Below are positions 53,654 through 62,764 of a DNA stretch of 64,000 nt, piece by piece. A model generated the notes under the pieces. The model saw nothing but the letters and a program-made list of their open reading frames with translations, was not told where the DNA came from and made no database searches. The DNA is taken from positions 1 through 64,000 of the forward strand of contig JAJPHT010000016.1 of assembly GCA_021325135.1 (NCBI GenBank), in the 5' to 3' direction. Numbering within the stretch: the first letter of the stretch is position 1; the number at the start of each line of letters is the position of its first letter. The DNA comes from Pseudomonadota bacterium. Lineage in GTDB: Archaea; Thermoplasmatota; SW-10-69-26; JACQPN01; JAJPHT01. A program made the translations under genes and the position numbers.

Positions 53654-56600
53654 TCACTCCCGCGGCAGCGTCAGCCGGAACGTCGCGCCGCGCCCGGCCC
53701 CCTCGCTCTCGCACCAGATGCGGCCGCCGTGCTCCTCGACGATGCCGCGGCTGATGTAGAGGCCGAGGCCGGAGCCGCCCGCGGTCACGCGCATGGGGTC
53801 GTGGACCTGCGTGAACGGCTGGAAGAGGCGCGCGATCTGCTCGGGGGCGAGGCCGGCGCCCGTGTCCTCGACGGCGATGCGCGCGGCGGCCTCGTCCGCC
53901 TCGACGCGCAGCGAGACGCGGCCGCCCGCGGGCGTGAACTTGAGGGCGTTGGAGACGAGGTTGAACAGCACCTGCGTGACGCGCTCGGGGTCCGCGACGA
54001 CCACGGTGGCGGGGGCGTCGGCGAGGAGGAGGGAGACGCCGGCCTGGCGGGCGGCCTCCTCGAAGGAGGCGCACGTGTCGCGCAGGAGCGCCGCGAGGTC
54101 GACGCGCGTCTTCTCCAGGCGCAGCCGCCCGCTCTGGATGCGGGAGACGTCCAGGAGGTCGCGCACGAGGCCGTGGAGGCGCGCCGTGTTGCGGCTCAGG
54201 ACGCCCACTGCGCGCTGCTGGCGCTCCGCGAGGGGGCCCAGCCGGCCCGTCTCCAGGAGGTGGATCTGGAGCATCATGGGGGTCAGCGGCGTGTTCAGCT
54301 CGTGGGACGCGGTGTTGAGGAGGAGCGTCTTGAGGTTGCCCACCTGGACGAGCTGCTCGTTGGTCTCGCGCAGGCGCGCCTCGGCGCTCTTGAGCGAGGT
54401 GATGTCGCGGAAGAACCACACGCGGGCGCGGGCCTGCCCCTCCGCGGTGAAGATGGGCGCGGAGTAGCGGTCCAGCACGCGGCCGTCCTTGAGGCGCACC
54501 TCCTCGCGGCTCTCCTCGTCGGGCCGGGCGTAGAGCTCGCGCACGCGGCGGAGGAACTCCTCGGGGTCCTCCAGGAGGTGCAGCACGGCGCGCAGGGCCG
54601 TCTCGTCGGAGGCGAGGTCCTCGTCGCGCAGCTTCCAGATCTCGGCGAAGCGGCGGTTGGAGGAGAGGATGCGCCCCTCGGGGGAGACGACGAGGATGCC
54701 GTCGATGGCGGCGTCGCCCTGCCGCTCCAGGAGCACCTTCTGGAAGTGCAGCCGCTCGTTGGCGGACTTGAGGGCGGCGAAGCCCTCGGCGTTCTCCAGC
54801 GCGGCGCCCGCGATGGCGGCGACGAACTCCACGATGGCGGCCTCCTCCTCGCGGAACGCGCCGCTCACCTGGGGCTGCTCGGCGTAGAGGCAGAGGACGG
54901 CGCTGCCGCGGACGTGCACGAGGCACGCCGCGGCGGAGCGCGCGCCCATGGCGAGGAGCGCCTCGGCGCCGGGGCCTGGCGCGTCGGCGCGGAACGTGAC
55001 GGCGCGGCCCGCGGGCGCGCCCTCCAGGAGGGCCTGCGCGGCGCGCGCCTCGCGCGAGTCGCCCGCGACGCGCCCCTCGGGGCCCACCTCCAGGAGGGCG
55101 CACGCGTCGGTCCTCAGGAGCTCGCCCGCGCCGCGCAGCGCGGCGGCTCGGATGCCCGGCGCGTCAAGCTCGGCCACGATGCGGCGGCCCGCCTCCAGGA
55201 CGCCGTGATATCGATCCGCGAGGGCGAGGCTGGGCTGCTGCGCGGGCGCGGCGAGGGGCGCGGCGCCCTCGTCGGGCTCGTCGGCGCCGCGCGGCCAGCC
55301 CAGGTCGCGGGCGAGGCGCGCGCGCATGCGCATGGTGAGCGCCATCTCGTGGGCCGCGCCCTGCACGCGCGCGGCCAGGAGGCTCTCGTCCAGGAGGGCG
55401 CGCGCCTTCGCCTCGCGGCCCAGCACGGCCTCGAACCAGGCGCGCTCGCGCAGTGCATGGGGGAGGTTGTTGCGGTAGAAGCGCGCCCACGAGACGGCCT
55501 TGCGCGCGGCGCGGAGGCCCTCGTGGGCAAGCTCGCGGTCGCGGGGGAGCAGGCGCGCGGAGGCGTCGAGGCGCGCGCGCATCGCGGTGGCGAGCCAGGG
55601 CAGCACGGGCGCCACGTACTCCTGGCGCAGGCCGCGGCCGCTCACGAGCCCCCACGCCGTCTGGAGGCGCGCGACGGCCTCGTCGGGCCGGTCGGCCTTG
55701 AGCGCGACCAGGGCCGAGGCCATGAGCACCTCCGCGGTGGTGTGCACGTCCTCGCTGGGCGTCTCCCGCGCGGCCTCCACCAGCGCCGCGGGCAGCGCGC
55801 CCTCGGAGGCCTTCGCCCAGATGCCCAGCGCGATGCCCGAGGCCTGCGCGTCGCCGATCTCGGTGGCGGACTCGTGGACGGCGCGCGCGGTGGCGACGGC
55901 CGCGGCCAGGTCCCCCAGGCGGTACTGGCAGAACGCGACGTGCCAGCGCGCGGTGTTCTCCTCCCACATGTCGCCCGTCTTGGAGAGCAGGCGGATGGCC
56001 TCGCGGGAGTGCTGGAGGCACTCGTCGTAGCGCGAGGCGGCGTAGAGGACGACCGCGAGGAAGTGGAGCGACTGGCCCTGCCCCCAGATGTCGCCGAAGC
56101 CCTTGCGGATCTCCAGCGAGCGCCGCGCGTAGCGGATGCCGCGCGAGCACCAGGGGATCATGGTCATGACGGGCGCGTGCTCGGAGTACGCCTGCGCCAA
56201 TTCCAGGCTCGCGGGGTAGCGCTCGGCGAGGTTCATCTCGCGCAGGTGCGCCCACCCGCAGGCGGCGAGCCCCTTCTGGAACCAATACGCGTAGGCGAGG
56301 CGGCTGTAGAGGCGGATGGCGATGAGCTCCTCCTCGGCGCCCTCGCGCTTGCGCCGGGCGAGGAAGAGGCGCGGCAGCAGCGTGTGGAGGACCTGCACGA
56401 GCGCCTCGAAGGCGGCGCGCATCGCGTAGCCGAGGCTGGAGCGCGGCACGGTGCGGCCCAGCGTGCGCAGGCCCGCCTCCAGCGCCTCGCTGGCGCTCCT
56501 CATGTCGCCGCGCTTGAAGGCCAGCTCGCCCGCCTTGGCGAGGATCTCGGCGCGCGCGACGGGGGACTCGGCGAGGCGCTGCGCCTCCTCGAAGCAGCGG

Positions 56601-58846
56601 GACGCCTCCGCGTAGCGGCCGCGGAGCATGAGCACGTCGCCCAGCCCTTCGCGGACGCGCTTGATCATGGCCGCGTCGTCCGGGGGCGCCCCGCGCAGCG
56701 CGATGCGGTAGTGCTGCTCGGCCAACTCCAGCGAATGGCGGCGTCGCGCCTCCTCCGCGGCGCGCAGCGCGTAGGGGAGCGCGCGGGCGGCGTCGCGCGC
56801 GGCGTCGAAGTGGTAGGCGATCTCGAAGGCGCGCTCCTGGAGCGTGCGCTCCAGGTGCTCGGCGGCGCGGCGGTGCAGGCGCTCGCGCTCCTCCTCGGTG
56901 AGCATGGCGAGGAGCGTCTCGCGCAGCTTGTCGTGGACGAAGGCGTAGCGGCCCGACTCGGCGCGCGTCCAGACGATGTGCCGCTGGCGGGCGACCTCCA
57001 GGGCGGGGATGGTGCGCGTCGCGGCCTGGCCGGAGAGCTCGCACGCCATGGCGAGGTCGAACTCCTTGCCCAGGACCGCGCCCACGGTGAGCGCGTGGAG
57101 CGTCTCCACCGGGAGCAGGCGCAGGCGGCGGGCGAGGAAGGCCGCGCTCTGGGTGGAGGACTGCATCTCCGCCATGCGCGAGGGGTCGACGAGCCAGCCC
57201 GAGGGGCTCGCGACCAGGGCGCCCGACTCGACGAAGCCGCGCAGCACGGCGGAGGCCATGAAGGGGCTCCCCTCGGAAAGCTCGGCCACGGCGTCGACGG
57301 CACCGCGCGGCAGGGGGCCGGCCATGGACTCGCAGAGGCGCGCGACGTCCTCGCGGCCGAAGGGCGGAAGCGCCATGCGCAGGGACGCTGCGGCCGCGCG
57401 CAGCGGGTGGTCGGCGTCGACCTCCTCGGTGCGGAAGGCGGCGATGACCACCGCGCGGCGCCCCTTCGGGCTCTCCTCGCGGGCCCACGCGGCGAGGAGC
57501 TTCACCGTCGCCTCGTCGGCCCACTGGCAGTCGTCGAGGATGACGAGGGCCGGGCGGCCCGGGAGCCCCGCGGCGTCCAGCATGCGGGCGAAGGCCTGGA
57601 TGCTGCGCCGCTCGCCGTGCGCCTCGGGGCCGAGCTCCGCCGCGTCGCCGCCGCCAAGGGCCTCGCGCAGGTCGGGCGCGGCCAGGAGGAGCGCGTCGCG
57701 GTCCTCGCCCAGGGCGGAGTCGAAGAGGGGCGCGAAGGAGGCGTCCTCCTCCAGGGCGCGGGCGAGGTCGGCCGCGACGCCACGGAGGACCTGGAAGGGC
57801 TGGCGCGCCGCCTGGTCGACGCCCTGCCCGCGCAGGACGAGGGCGCCCATGGCCTGGGCGTGGTGCGCGAACTCGTCCAGGAGGCGCGTCTTGCCGCCGC
57901 CCGACTCGGCCTCCAGGAGGACGAGCCCGCCCTCGCCGCGGCCGGCGCCCGCGAGGCGGGCCTCCAGCGCGGCGAACTGGCGCGCGCGCACGACGAAGGC
58001 CGGGTCCGCCAGCGACGCGCGGGCGTCGTGCGCGCCCAGGACCAGCGAGGGCTCCTGCTGGCCGCGGGAGAGGGCGTCCAGCATGGCCTCCAGGTCGCGC
58101 TCGACGCCCGCGGCGGTCTGATATCGTTCCCGCGGGTCCTTGCGCAGGAGGCGCTGCACCAGCTCGTCCGCGACGCGGGGCACGCGCACGCCCCCCGAGC
58201 GCAATTCCGGCGGGCGGGCCGCGATCTGGTCGCGCAGCACGTCGCGCATGCGCTCGCGCTCGAAGGGCCTCCGGCCCGCGAGCGCGTGGAAGAGGAGGAT
58301 GCCCAGGGAGTAGAGGTCGGCGCGCTCGTCCACGGGCACGTCCAGGAGGCCGCACTGCTCGGGGGCGAGGTAGGAGGCGCGCAGCGCGGCGCCCTTCTCG
58401 TCCTCCAGCGTGGCGGGGCGCGCGAGGCCGAAGTCCACGAGCAGGGCGCCCGAGGGGGTGAGGATCACGTTGGCCGCGCAGACGCCGCCGTGGAGGACGC
58501 CTCGCTCGTGGGCCTCGCGCAGGCCCGCGGCGACGCGGGCTCCGACGCGCAACGCCTCGGAGAGGGGGAGGGGGCCGCGCCGGAGCCGTTCGGAGAGGGG
58601 CTCGCCTTCCAGGAAGGGGCGCGCGATGACGATGGCGTCCTCCTCCAGCGCGACGGAGGCGGGCGCGCCGGCCTGAAGCGTCGGGCAGGCGCGCAGGAGG
58701 GACGCCTCGTGCTCCAGGCGGAGACGCAGGCTGGCGCCCGCCGGCCCCACGGCCATGCGCCGCAGGAGGACGCGGGCGCCTTCCGGCGTCTCCGCGAGGT
58801 AGGTGCTGGCTCCGCCGGCGGCGGCCAGCGGGCGCAGGACGCGCAT
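53654..58846 (-). CDS. Hybrid sensor: (pseudo)Ser/Thr kinase - STAND/AAA ATPase - TPR - GAF - PAS - histidine kinase
   Basis: DFG/APE kinase fold; AESGGGKT, ILDDCQWAD; SHELNTPL, NLVSNALKF, DTGAG, GSGLGL. Confidence 0.92.
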   Translation of the reverse strand: MRVLRPLAAAGGASTYLAETPEGARVLLRRMAVGPAGASLRLRLEHEASLLRACPTLQAGAPASVALEEDAIVIARPFLEGEPLSERLRRGPLPLSEALRVGARVAAGLREAHERGVLHGGVCAANVILTPSGALLVDFGLARPATLEDEKGAALRASYLAPEQCGLLDVPVDERADLYSLGILLFHALAGRRPFERERMRDVLRDQIAARPPELRSGGVRVPRVADELVQRLLRKDPRERYQTAAGVERDLEAMLDALSRGQQEPSLVLGAHDARASLADPAFVVRARQFAALEARLAGAGRGEGGLVLLEAESGGGKTRLLDEFAHHAQAMGALVLRGQGVDQAARQPFQVLRGVAADLARALEEDASFAPLFDSALGEDRDALLLAAPDLREALGGGDAAELGPEAHGERRSIQAFARMLDAAGLPGRPALVILDDCQWADEATVKLLAAWAREESPKGRRAVVIAAFRTEEVDADHPLRAAAASLRMALPPFGREDVARLCESMAGPLPRGAVDAVAELSEGSPFMASAVLRGFVESGALVASPSGWLVDPSRMAEMQSSTQSAAFLARRLRLLPVETLHALTVGAVLGKEFDLAMACELSGQAATRTIPALEVARQRHIVWTRAESGRYAFVHDKLRETLLAMLTEEERERLHRRAAEHLERTLQERAFEIAYHFDAARDAARALPYALRAAEEARRRHSLELAEQHYRIALRGAPPDDAAMIKRVREGLGDVLMLRGRYAEASRCFEEAQRLAESPVARAEILAKAGELAFKRGDMRSASEALEAGLRTLGRTVPRSSLGYAMRAAFEALVQVLHTLLPRLFLARRKREGAEEELIAIRLYSRLAYAYWFQKGLAACGWAHLREMNLAERYPASLELAQAYSEHAPVMTMIPWCSRGIRYARRSLEIRKGFGDIWGQGQSLHFLAVVLYAASRYDECLQHSREAIRLLSKTGDMWEENTARWHVAFCQYRLGDLAAAVATARAVHESATEIGDAQASGIALGIWAKASEGALPAALVEAARETPSEDVHTTAEVLMASALVALKADRPDEAVARLQTAWGLVSGRGLRQEYVAPVLPWLATAMRARLDASARLLPRDRELAHEGLRAARKAVSWARFYRNNLPHALRERAWFEAVLGREAKARALLDESLLAARVQGAAHEMALTMRMRARLARDLGWPRGADEPDEGAAPLAAPAQQPSLALADRYHGVLEAGRRIVAELDAPGIRAAALRGAGELLRTDACALLEVGPEGRVAGDSREARAAQALLEGAPAGRAVTFRADAPGPGAEALLAMGARSAAACLVHVRGSAVLCLYAEQPQVSGAFREEEAAIVEFVAAIAGAALENAEGFAALKSANERLHFQKVLLERQGDAAIDGILVVSPEGRILSSNRRFAEIWKLRDEDLASDETALRAVLHLLEDPEEFLRRVRELYARPDEESREEVRLKDGRVLDRYSAPIFTAEGQARARVWFFRDITSLKSAEARLRETNEQLVQVGNLKTLLLNTASHELNTPLTPMMLQIHLLETGRLGPLAERQQRAVGVLSRNTARLHGLVRDLLDVSRIQSGRLRLEKTRVDLAALLRDTCASFEEAARQAGVSLLLADAPATVVVADPERVTQVLFNLVSNALKFTPAGGRVSLRVEADEAAARIAVEDTGAGLAPEQIARLFQPFTQVHDPMRVTAGGSGLGLYISRGIVEEHGGRIWCESEGAGRGATFRLTLPRE

Positions 58847-59114
58847 GGGCGAGTCTGCCTCGGGCAGGCGAGATAAAGCTTCGGAGAGGCCGGGAAGGAA
58901 CAAAGGTACATGGTCGAAGAGCCTGGCCGGGGGGTTCGGGGGGCTTCGCCTGGCGCTGTCAACTTAAGTGAAGTGATTTTGAGTCGCAGGCGGCTTGAGG
59001 GATTGCTCTCGTGGGCTCGGTCCGCCGAGGGATCCGCCTCCCAAAAGGCGGGATCCCGCGCGCCGAGGGACCTTGCACCTTCTCGCAGGAACCCCCAGGA
59101 AAAAATCCCTTACC

Positions 59115-59513
59115 CTAGGCCCGGGCGCGGCGGCGCGTGGCCAGCACCGCGTCGGCGACGTCCAGGAGGGCGGCCACGTCGGGCTTGAGGACCACGGCGT
59201 TGGCCCGCCCCTGCTGGAGCGAGGAGGAGATGCTCTCGTCGTGCCCCGTGAAGACGACGCGCAGCGCGTCGGGGTGCATGATGGCGACGCGCTCCAGGAG
59301 ATCGGCCCCCGTGAGGCCGGGCATGGTGTGGTCCGTGATGACGAGATCGAAGGGCTTTCCCTCCGTGGCGCGCGCGTCGATGAGGTCCAGGGCCTCGTGG
59401 GCGGACGAGGCGCGCGCGACCTCGGTGTGCGGGAGGGCGAAGTGGAGGAAGACCTGCAGGCCCTCCGCCAGGTCGAGGTCGTCGTCGACGACAAGGACGC
59501 GTCGGGGCTCCAT
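59115..59513 (-). CDS. Single-domain response regulator
   Basis: VLVVDDD, ITDHTMP, FTG, KP. Confidence 0.92.
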   Translation of the reverse strand: MEPRRVLVVDDDLDLAEGLQVFLHFALPHTEVARASSAHEALDLIDARATEGKPFDLVITDHTMPGLTGADLLERVAIMHPDALRVVFTGHDESISSSLQQGRANAVVLKPDVAALLDVADAVLATRRRARA

Positions 59514-59536
59514 GGACCCCTCCTTGCGCGCTGCCC

Positions 59537-60997
59537 CTATTCGTAGGGGTGGGAGTCTCCGCGGGGCGGGCGGGGCGCCTTCCGGAGGCCGGGGGTCGCG
59601 TGGCGGCGCTTGGCGATCCACCACGCGAGGCCGGCGAAGAGGCCTTCGCTGCGGGCCAGGACGCTCTGCGCGCTGGGGTGGCGGTGGAGCAGGCGGTGGC
59701 GCAGCGCGTGGTGCCGGCGGCGCGGCTCGTAGAGGCGGTGGAGCGGCGCGCCCAGCGCGACGAGGGCGAGGCCCAGCAGGATGGCCTTCCAGCCGCACGC
59801 CAGGAGGAGCGCCAGCGAGGCCGCGACGCCCAGCGCGGGAAGCAGCGGCGTGCGCAGCGTGCCGAAGGGGTCCTTGCGCGCGAGGCGCCACGCGGCCAGC
59901 GAGGTGGAGAGGAACGTGACCGAGACGAAGACGACGGTCGCGCCGATGAGGAGCGTGAGTCCCCCCGCCAGCGCGGCGGCCAGGGCGAGGGCGCTGAGCA
60001 GCAGGAGCGCGCGCAGGGGCACGCCGCCCCGCGTGAGCTTCGCCAAGGGCGCGGGGAGATAGCCGTCCACCGAGAGGGCGTGCGCGAGGCGCGAGGCGCC
60101 CAGGAGGTTGGCCTGGTCGGCGCCCAGGATGGAGAGGAGCGCGCCCGCGCCCAGGAGCGCCGCGCCCACGGGGCCCAGGATCGCGCGGGCGGCCTCCACC
60201 AGGGGCGCGCTGCTCGACGCGATGGCGCCCTGGGGGAGGATGGCCAGGAGCGCGGCGTTCACCAGGAGGTACGCCAGGAGGCTGAAGGCGAGGCCCGCCG
60301 CGATGGCGACGGGGATGCTGCGGCGCGGGTCGCGCACCTCGGCGGCGGGGAGCGTCGCGACCTCGAAGCCGGTGTAGGCCCAGAAGATGACCATGAAGGC
60401 GGTGGCGAACTCGAAGGGGCCCCCCTTGACCAGGGGCTCGAAGTGCTCCACGGCGTCGGCGGGCGCGCGGGCGTAGGCGTAGACGCCCAGCGCGGCCAGG
60501 AGCGCGAGGGGGGCCAGCTTGAGGAAGCCCACCACGGCGCCCAGGCGCGCGCCGGACTTGGCGGGCGCGAGGTTGAGGGCGAGGACGAGGAGGACGAAGG
60601 CGGCCTTCACCAGCGCGTCGGCCCACCACGCCATGCCGGGCACGAAGCCGTGGAGGTACTGCACGAAGGCGCTGGGGAACACGGCGGCGCCCACGAGCTG
60701 CGCGAGGAGGATGCTCCACCCCACGAGGAAGCCGGCGCGCTCGCCGAACGCGTCGCGGGCGTAGGCGTAGGCGCCCCCTTCGCTGGGCGCCATCTGGGCG
60801 CACGCGCTGAAGTTGAGGGCGATGACGAACGCGACGAGGCCCGCCAGGAGCCAGAGGGCGAGGCTCGCGGCGCCCACCAGGGGCGTGGTCAGGTTCGCGG
60901 CGACGTAGATGTCCGCGCCCACGACGGCGCCCACGACGAGGGCGGTGAGGTCGAAGGCGGTGAGGCTCCTGCGGCTGGCGAGGGCGGGCTCGGGCAT
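59537..60997 (-). CDS. APC-family amino acid permease
   Basis: GAVVGADIY, GGAYAYA, WAYTGFE, EVRDPRR. Confidence 0.92.
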   Translation of the reverse strand: MPEPALASRRSLTAFDLTALVVGAVVGADIYVAANLTTPLVGAASLALWLLAGLVAFVIALNFSACAQMAPSEGGAYAYARDAFGERAGFLVGWSILLAQLVGAAVFPSAFVQYLHGFVPGMAWWADALVKAAFVLLVLALNLAPAKSGARLGAVVGFLKLAPLALLAALGVYAYARAPADAVEHFEPLVKGGPFEFATAFMVIFWAYTGFEVATLPAAEVRDPRRSIPVAIAAGLAFSLLAYLLVNAALLAILPQGAIASSSAPLVEAARAILGPVGAALLGAGALLSILGADQANLLGASRLAHALSVDGYLPAPLAKLTRGGVPLRALLLLSALALAAALAGGLTLLIGATVVFVSVTFLSTSLAAWRLARKDPFGTLRTPLLPALGVAASLALLLACGWKAILLGLALVALGAPLHRLYEPRRRHHALRHRLLHRHPSAQSVLARSEGLFAGLAWWIAKRRHATPGLRKAPRPPRGDSHPYE

Positions 60998-61165
60998 CCC
61001 GCGGGCGGAGGGCGCGCGGCACCCATAAGAAACATACGAATCGTGAATGCCGCGCCGGCCCGCCCGTTTCGGCGCAACGAGGCGCCCCTCCCTGAGGGGC
61101 GCGAATGATAGCTTCGGGGCACTCCGGCGCGCAAGGCCTTGCCTGGGAGGCGGCTCGGGTGGTCC

Positions 61166-61330
61166 ATGGCCCAACTCCTCCTCAACAAGGGCATCCTCGC
61201 CCGCGCCACCGCCGCCTGCCCCGTCTGCGGGAACCCCGTGGAGATGACCCACGCCTTCAACGGCGCCCGCCTCCGGGAGAGCTACGGCTGCTACCGCTGC
61301 GGCCCCACCACGTACACCGTGCGCGTCTGA
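61166..61330 (+). CDS. Small CPxCG zinc-finger protein
   Basis: CPVCG...CYRCG, 54 aa. Confidence 0.7.
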   Translation: MAQLLLNKGILARATAACPVCGNPVEMTHAFNGARLRESYGCYRCGPTTYTVRV

Positions 61331-61331
61331 T

Positions 61332-62663
61332 TCAGCCGACGCTCTGGATCTCCAGCTCGAAGACCAGGTCCTTCCCCACCACGGGCCGCTGGTAGACGTT
61401 GCCCTGCGCGTAGGCGTCCTGCACCGGGATCAGCGCCGTCACCGTCTCGCCCACCCGCGCCGTCTTGGCCAGGTTCGTGAACCCGGCGATGACCCCGCTG
61501 CCCACGGTGAAGCCGAACGGCTGGTACTGGTCGTCCGCCCGCGCGTGATAGCCCCCCGTGGTGTTGAAGAGGGGCTGCTCCGGGTCCTTGGCCACCGCCA
61601 GCATGCTCGTGTCGAAAAGGCGCCCGTCGGTGAGGACGCCCGCGTAGTTCCCGGTGACCTTGTCGCCCTCCTTCACCTGCGCGCCCAGCCGGCCCAGCTT
61701 CACGGTGACGCTGGCCGTCGCCGGGGGCACGCCGGGCCAGGCGCTCGCGGCCGTGAGGGTCACGTTGGCGCCGTCGGTGGCGTTGGCCGGGGGCGTGAGG
61801 GTGAGGAACGCGACGTGGCCCGTGGAGGCCGGGATGGCGGCGAGGCCCGCCAGGCTGCACGTCCACCCCGCGGGCACCCGGGCGGCGAGGCCCGGCGCGT
61901 CGCGGACGTTGCCCCGGTTCTCCACCACCACGGCGAAGGTCGCGGCGCGGCCCGCCTCGGTGGTCTTCTCGCGGACCACCGGGTGGACGCCCACGCCGTG
62001 CGCGGCCTCGTAGGCGACGGGGTCGAGGACCTCGGCCTTCTGGATGCGGACGGCGGGCTGCGGCTGCTGCTGCGCGTTGACGCGGGCGCTCCCGATGGCG
62101 TTGACCACGGCCATGCCGTCGCTGACCTCGCCGAAGACCGAGTGCCGGTCGTCCAGGGTGGGCTGGGGCGCCAGGGTGATGAAGAACTGGCTGCCGCCGG
62201 TGTTGGGGCCCGCGTTGGCCATGGAGAGGATGCCCGCGCCCGCGTGGCGCAGCGAGGGGTTGAACTCGTCGGGAATCTGATAGCCCGGGCCTCCGGAGCC
62301 CCACGTCGCGGGGGCGCCGCTCCTGGTGTTGGGGTCGCCGCCCTGGATGACGAAGCCCGCGACGACGCGGTGGAAGAGGACGCCGTCGTAGAAGCCCTGC
62401 GAGGTGAGGTTGAGGAAGTTGGCCACGGTCACGGGTGCGGCCTCCCGCTCCAGCGTGAGGGTGACGTTCCCCTTGTCGGTGGCCAGGAGCACGCGGGGCT
62501 TCTCGGCCTTCCACCCGGGGTCAGGCGCCGGGGGCGCCGCGCCGGCGGGGCAGAGGGTGTCGCCCGCGACGACGCGCCCCGAGGGGGTCGGGACCGCGGG
62601 ACCGGAGCCGCCCAGGCAGCCGGCGACGAGGAGGGCCAGGAGGAGGAGCGCGACGAGCCGCAT
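61332..62663 (-). CDS. Lipoprotein PPIase: cyclophilin, Ig-like domain and FKBP-like domain
   Basis: Lipobox VAGC; FHRVVAGFVIQGGD, SMANAGPNTGGSQFF; GDKVTGNYAGVLTDGRLFDTS, VIAGF, DLVFELEI. Confidence 0.92.
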   Translation of the reverse strand: MRLVALLLLALLVAGCLGGSGPAVPTPSGRVVAGDTLCPAGAAPPAPDPGWKAEKPRVLLATDKGNVTLTLEREAAPVTVANFLNLTSQGFYDGVLFHRVVAGFVIQGGDPNTRSGAPATWGSGGPGYQIPDEFNPSLRHAGAGILSMANAGPNTGGSQFFITLAPQPTLDDRHSVFGEVSDGMAVVNAIGSARVNAQQQPQPAVRIQKAEVLDPVAYEAAHGVGVHPVVREKTTEAGRAATFAVVVENRGNVRDAPGLAARVPAGWTCSLAGLAAIPASTGHVAFLTLTPPANATDGANVTLTAASAWPGVPPATASVTVKLGRLGAQVKEGDKVTGNYAGVLTDGRLFDTSMLAVAKDPEQPLFNTTGGYHARADDQYQPFGFTVGSGVIAGFTNLAKTARVGETVTALIPVQDAYAQGNVYQRPVVGKDLVFELEIQSVG

Positions 62664-62701
62664 GGCCGGCCGCACCCGAAGGCCGGCTCTTGAAGCTGCC
62701 C

Positions 62702-62736
62702 AGAATGCGCATTCTTGAGCAACGAGGCCCTAAATA
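62702..62736. promoter_or_regulatory. 14-bp perfect palindrome plus TATA-like box between the divergent PPIase and trpE genes
   Basis: AGAATGCGCATTCT at 62702-62715; TAAATA at 62731-62736, about 30 nt before the trpE ATG. Confidence 0.55.
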
Positions 62737-62764
62737 GCGGAATGCACACTCACTTCTGTCCATC

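Noticed and set aside
53327-58876. 1849-aa plus-strand ORF and other long antisense or alternate-frame ORFs (e.g. 45219-47870, 32070-34679)
   Set aside because: Shadow ORFs caused by high GC3 of real genes; low-complexity Arg/Ala/Gly content and no motifs.
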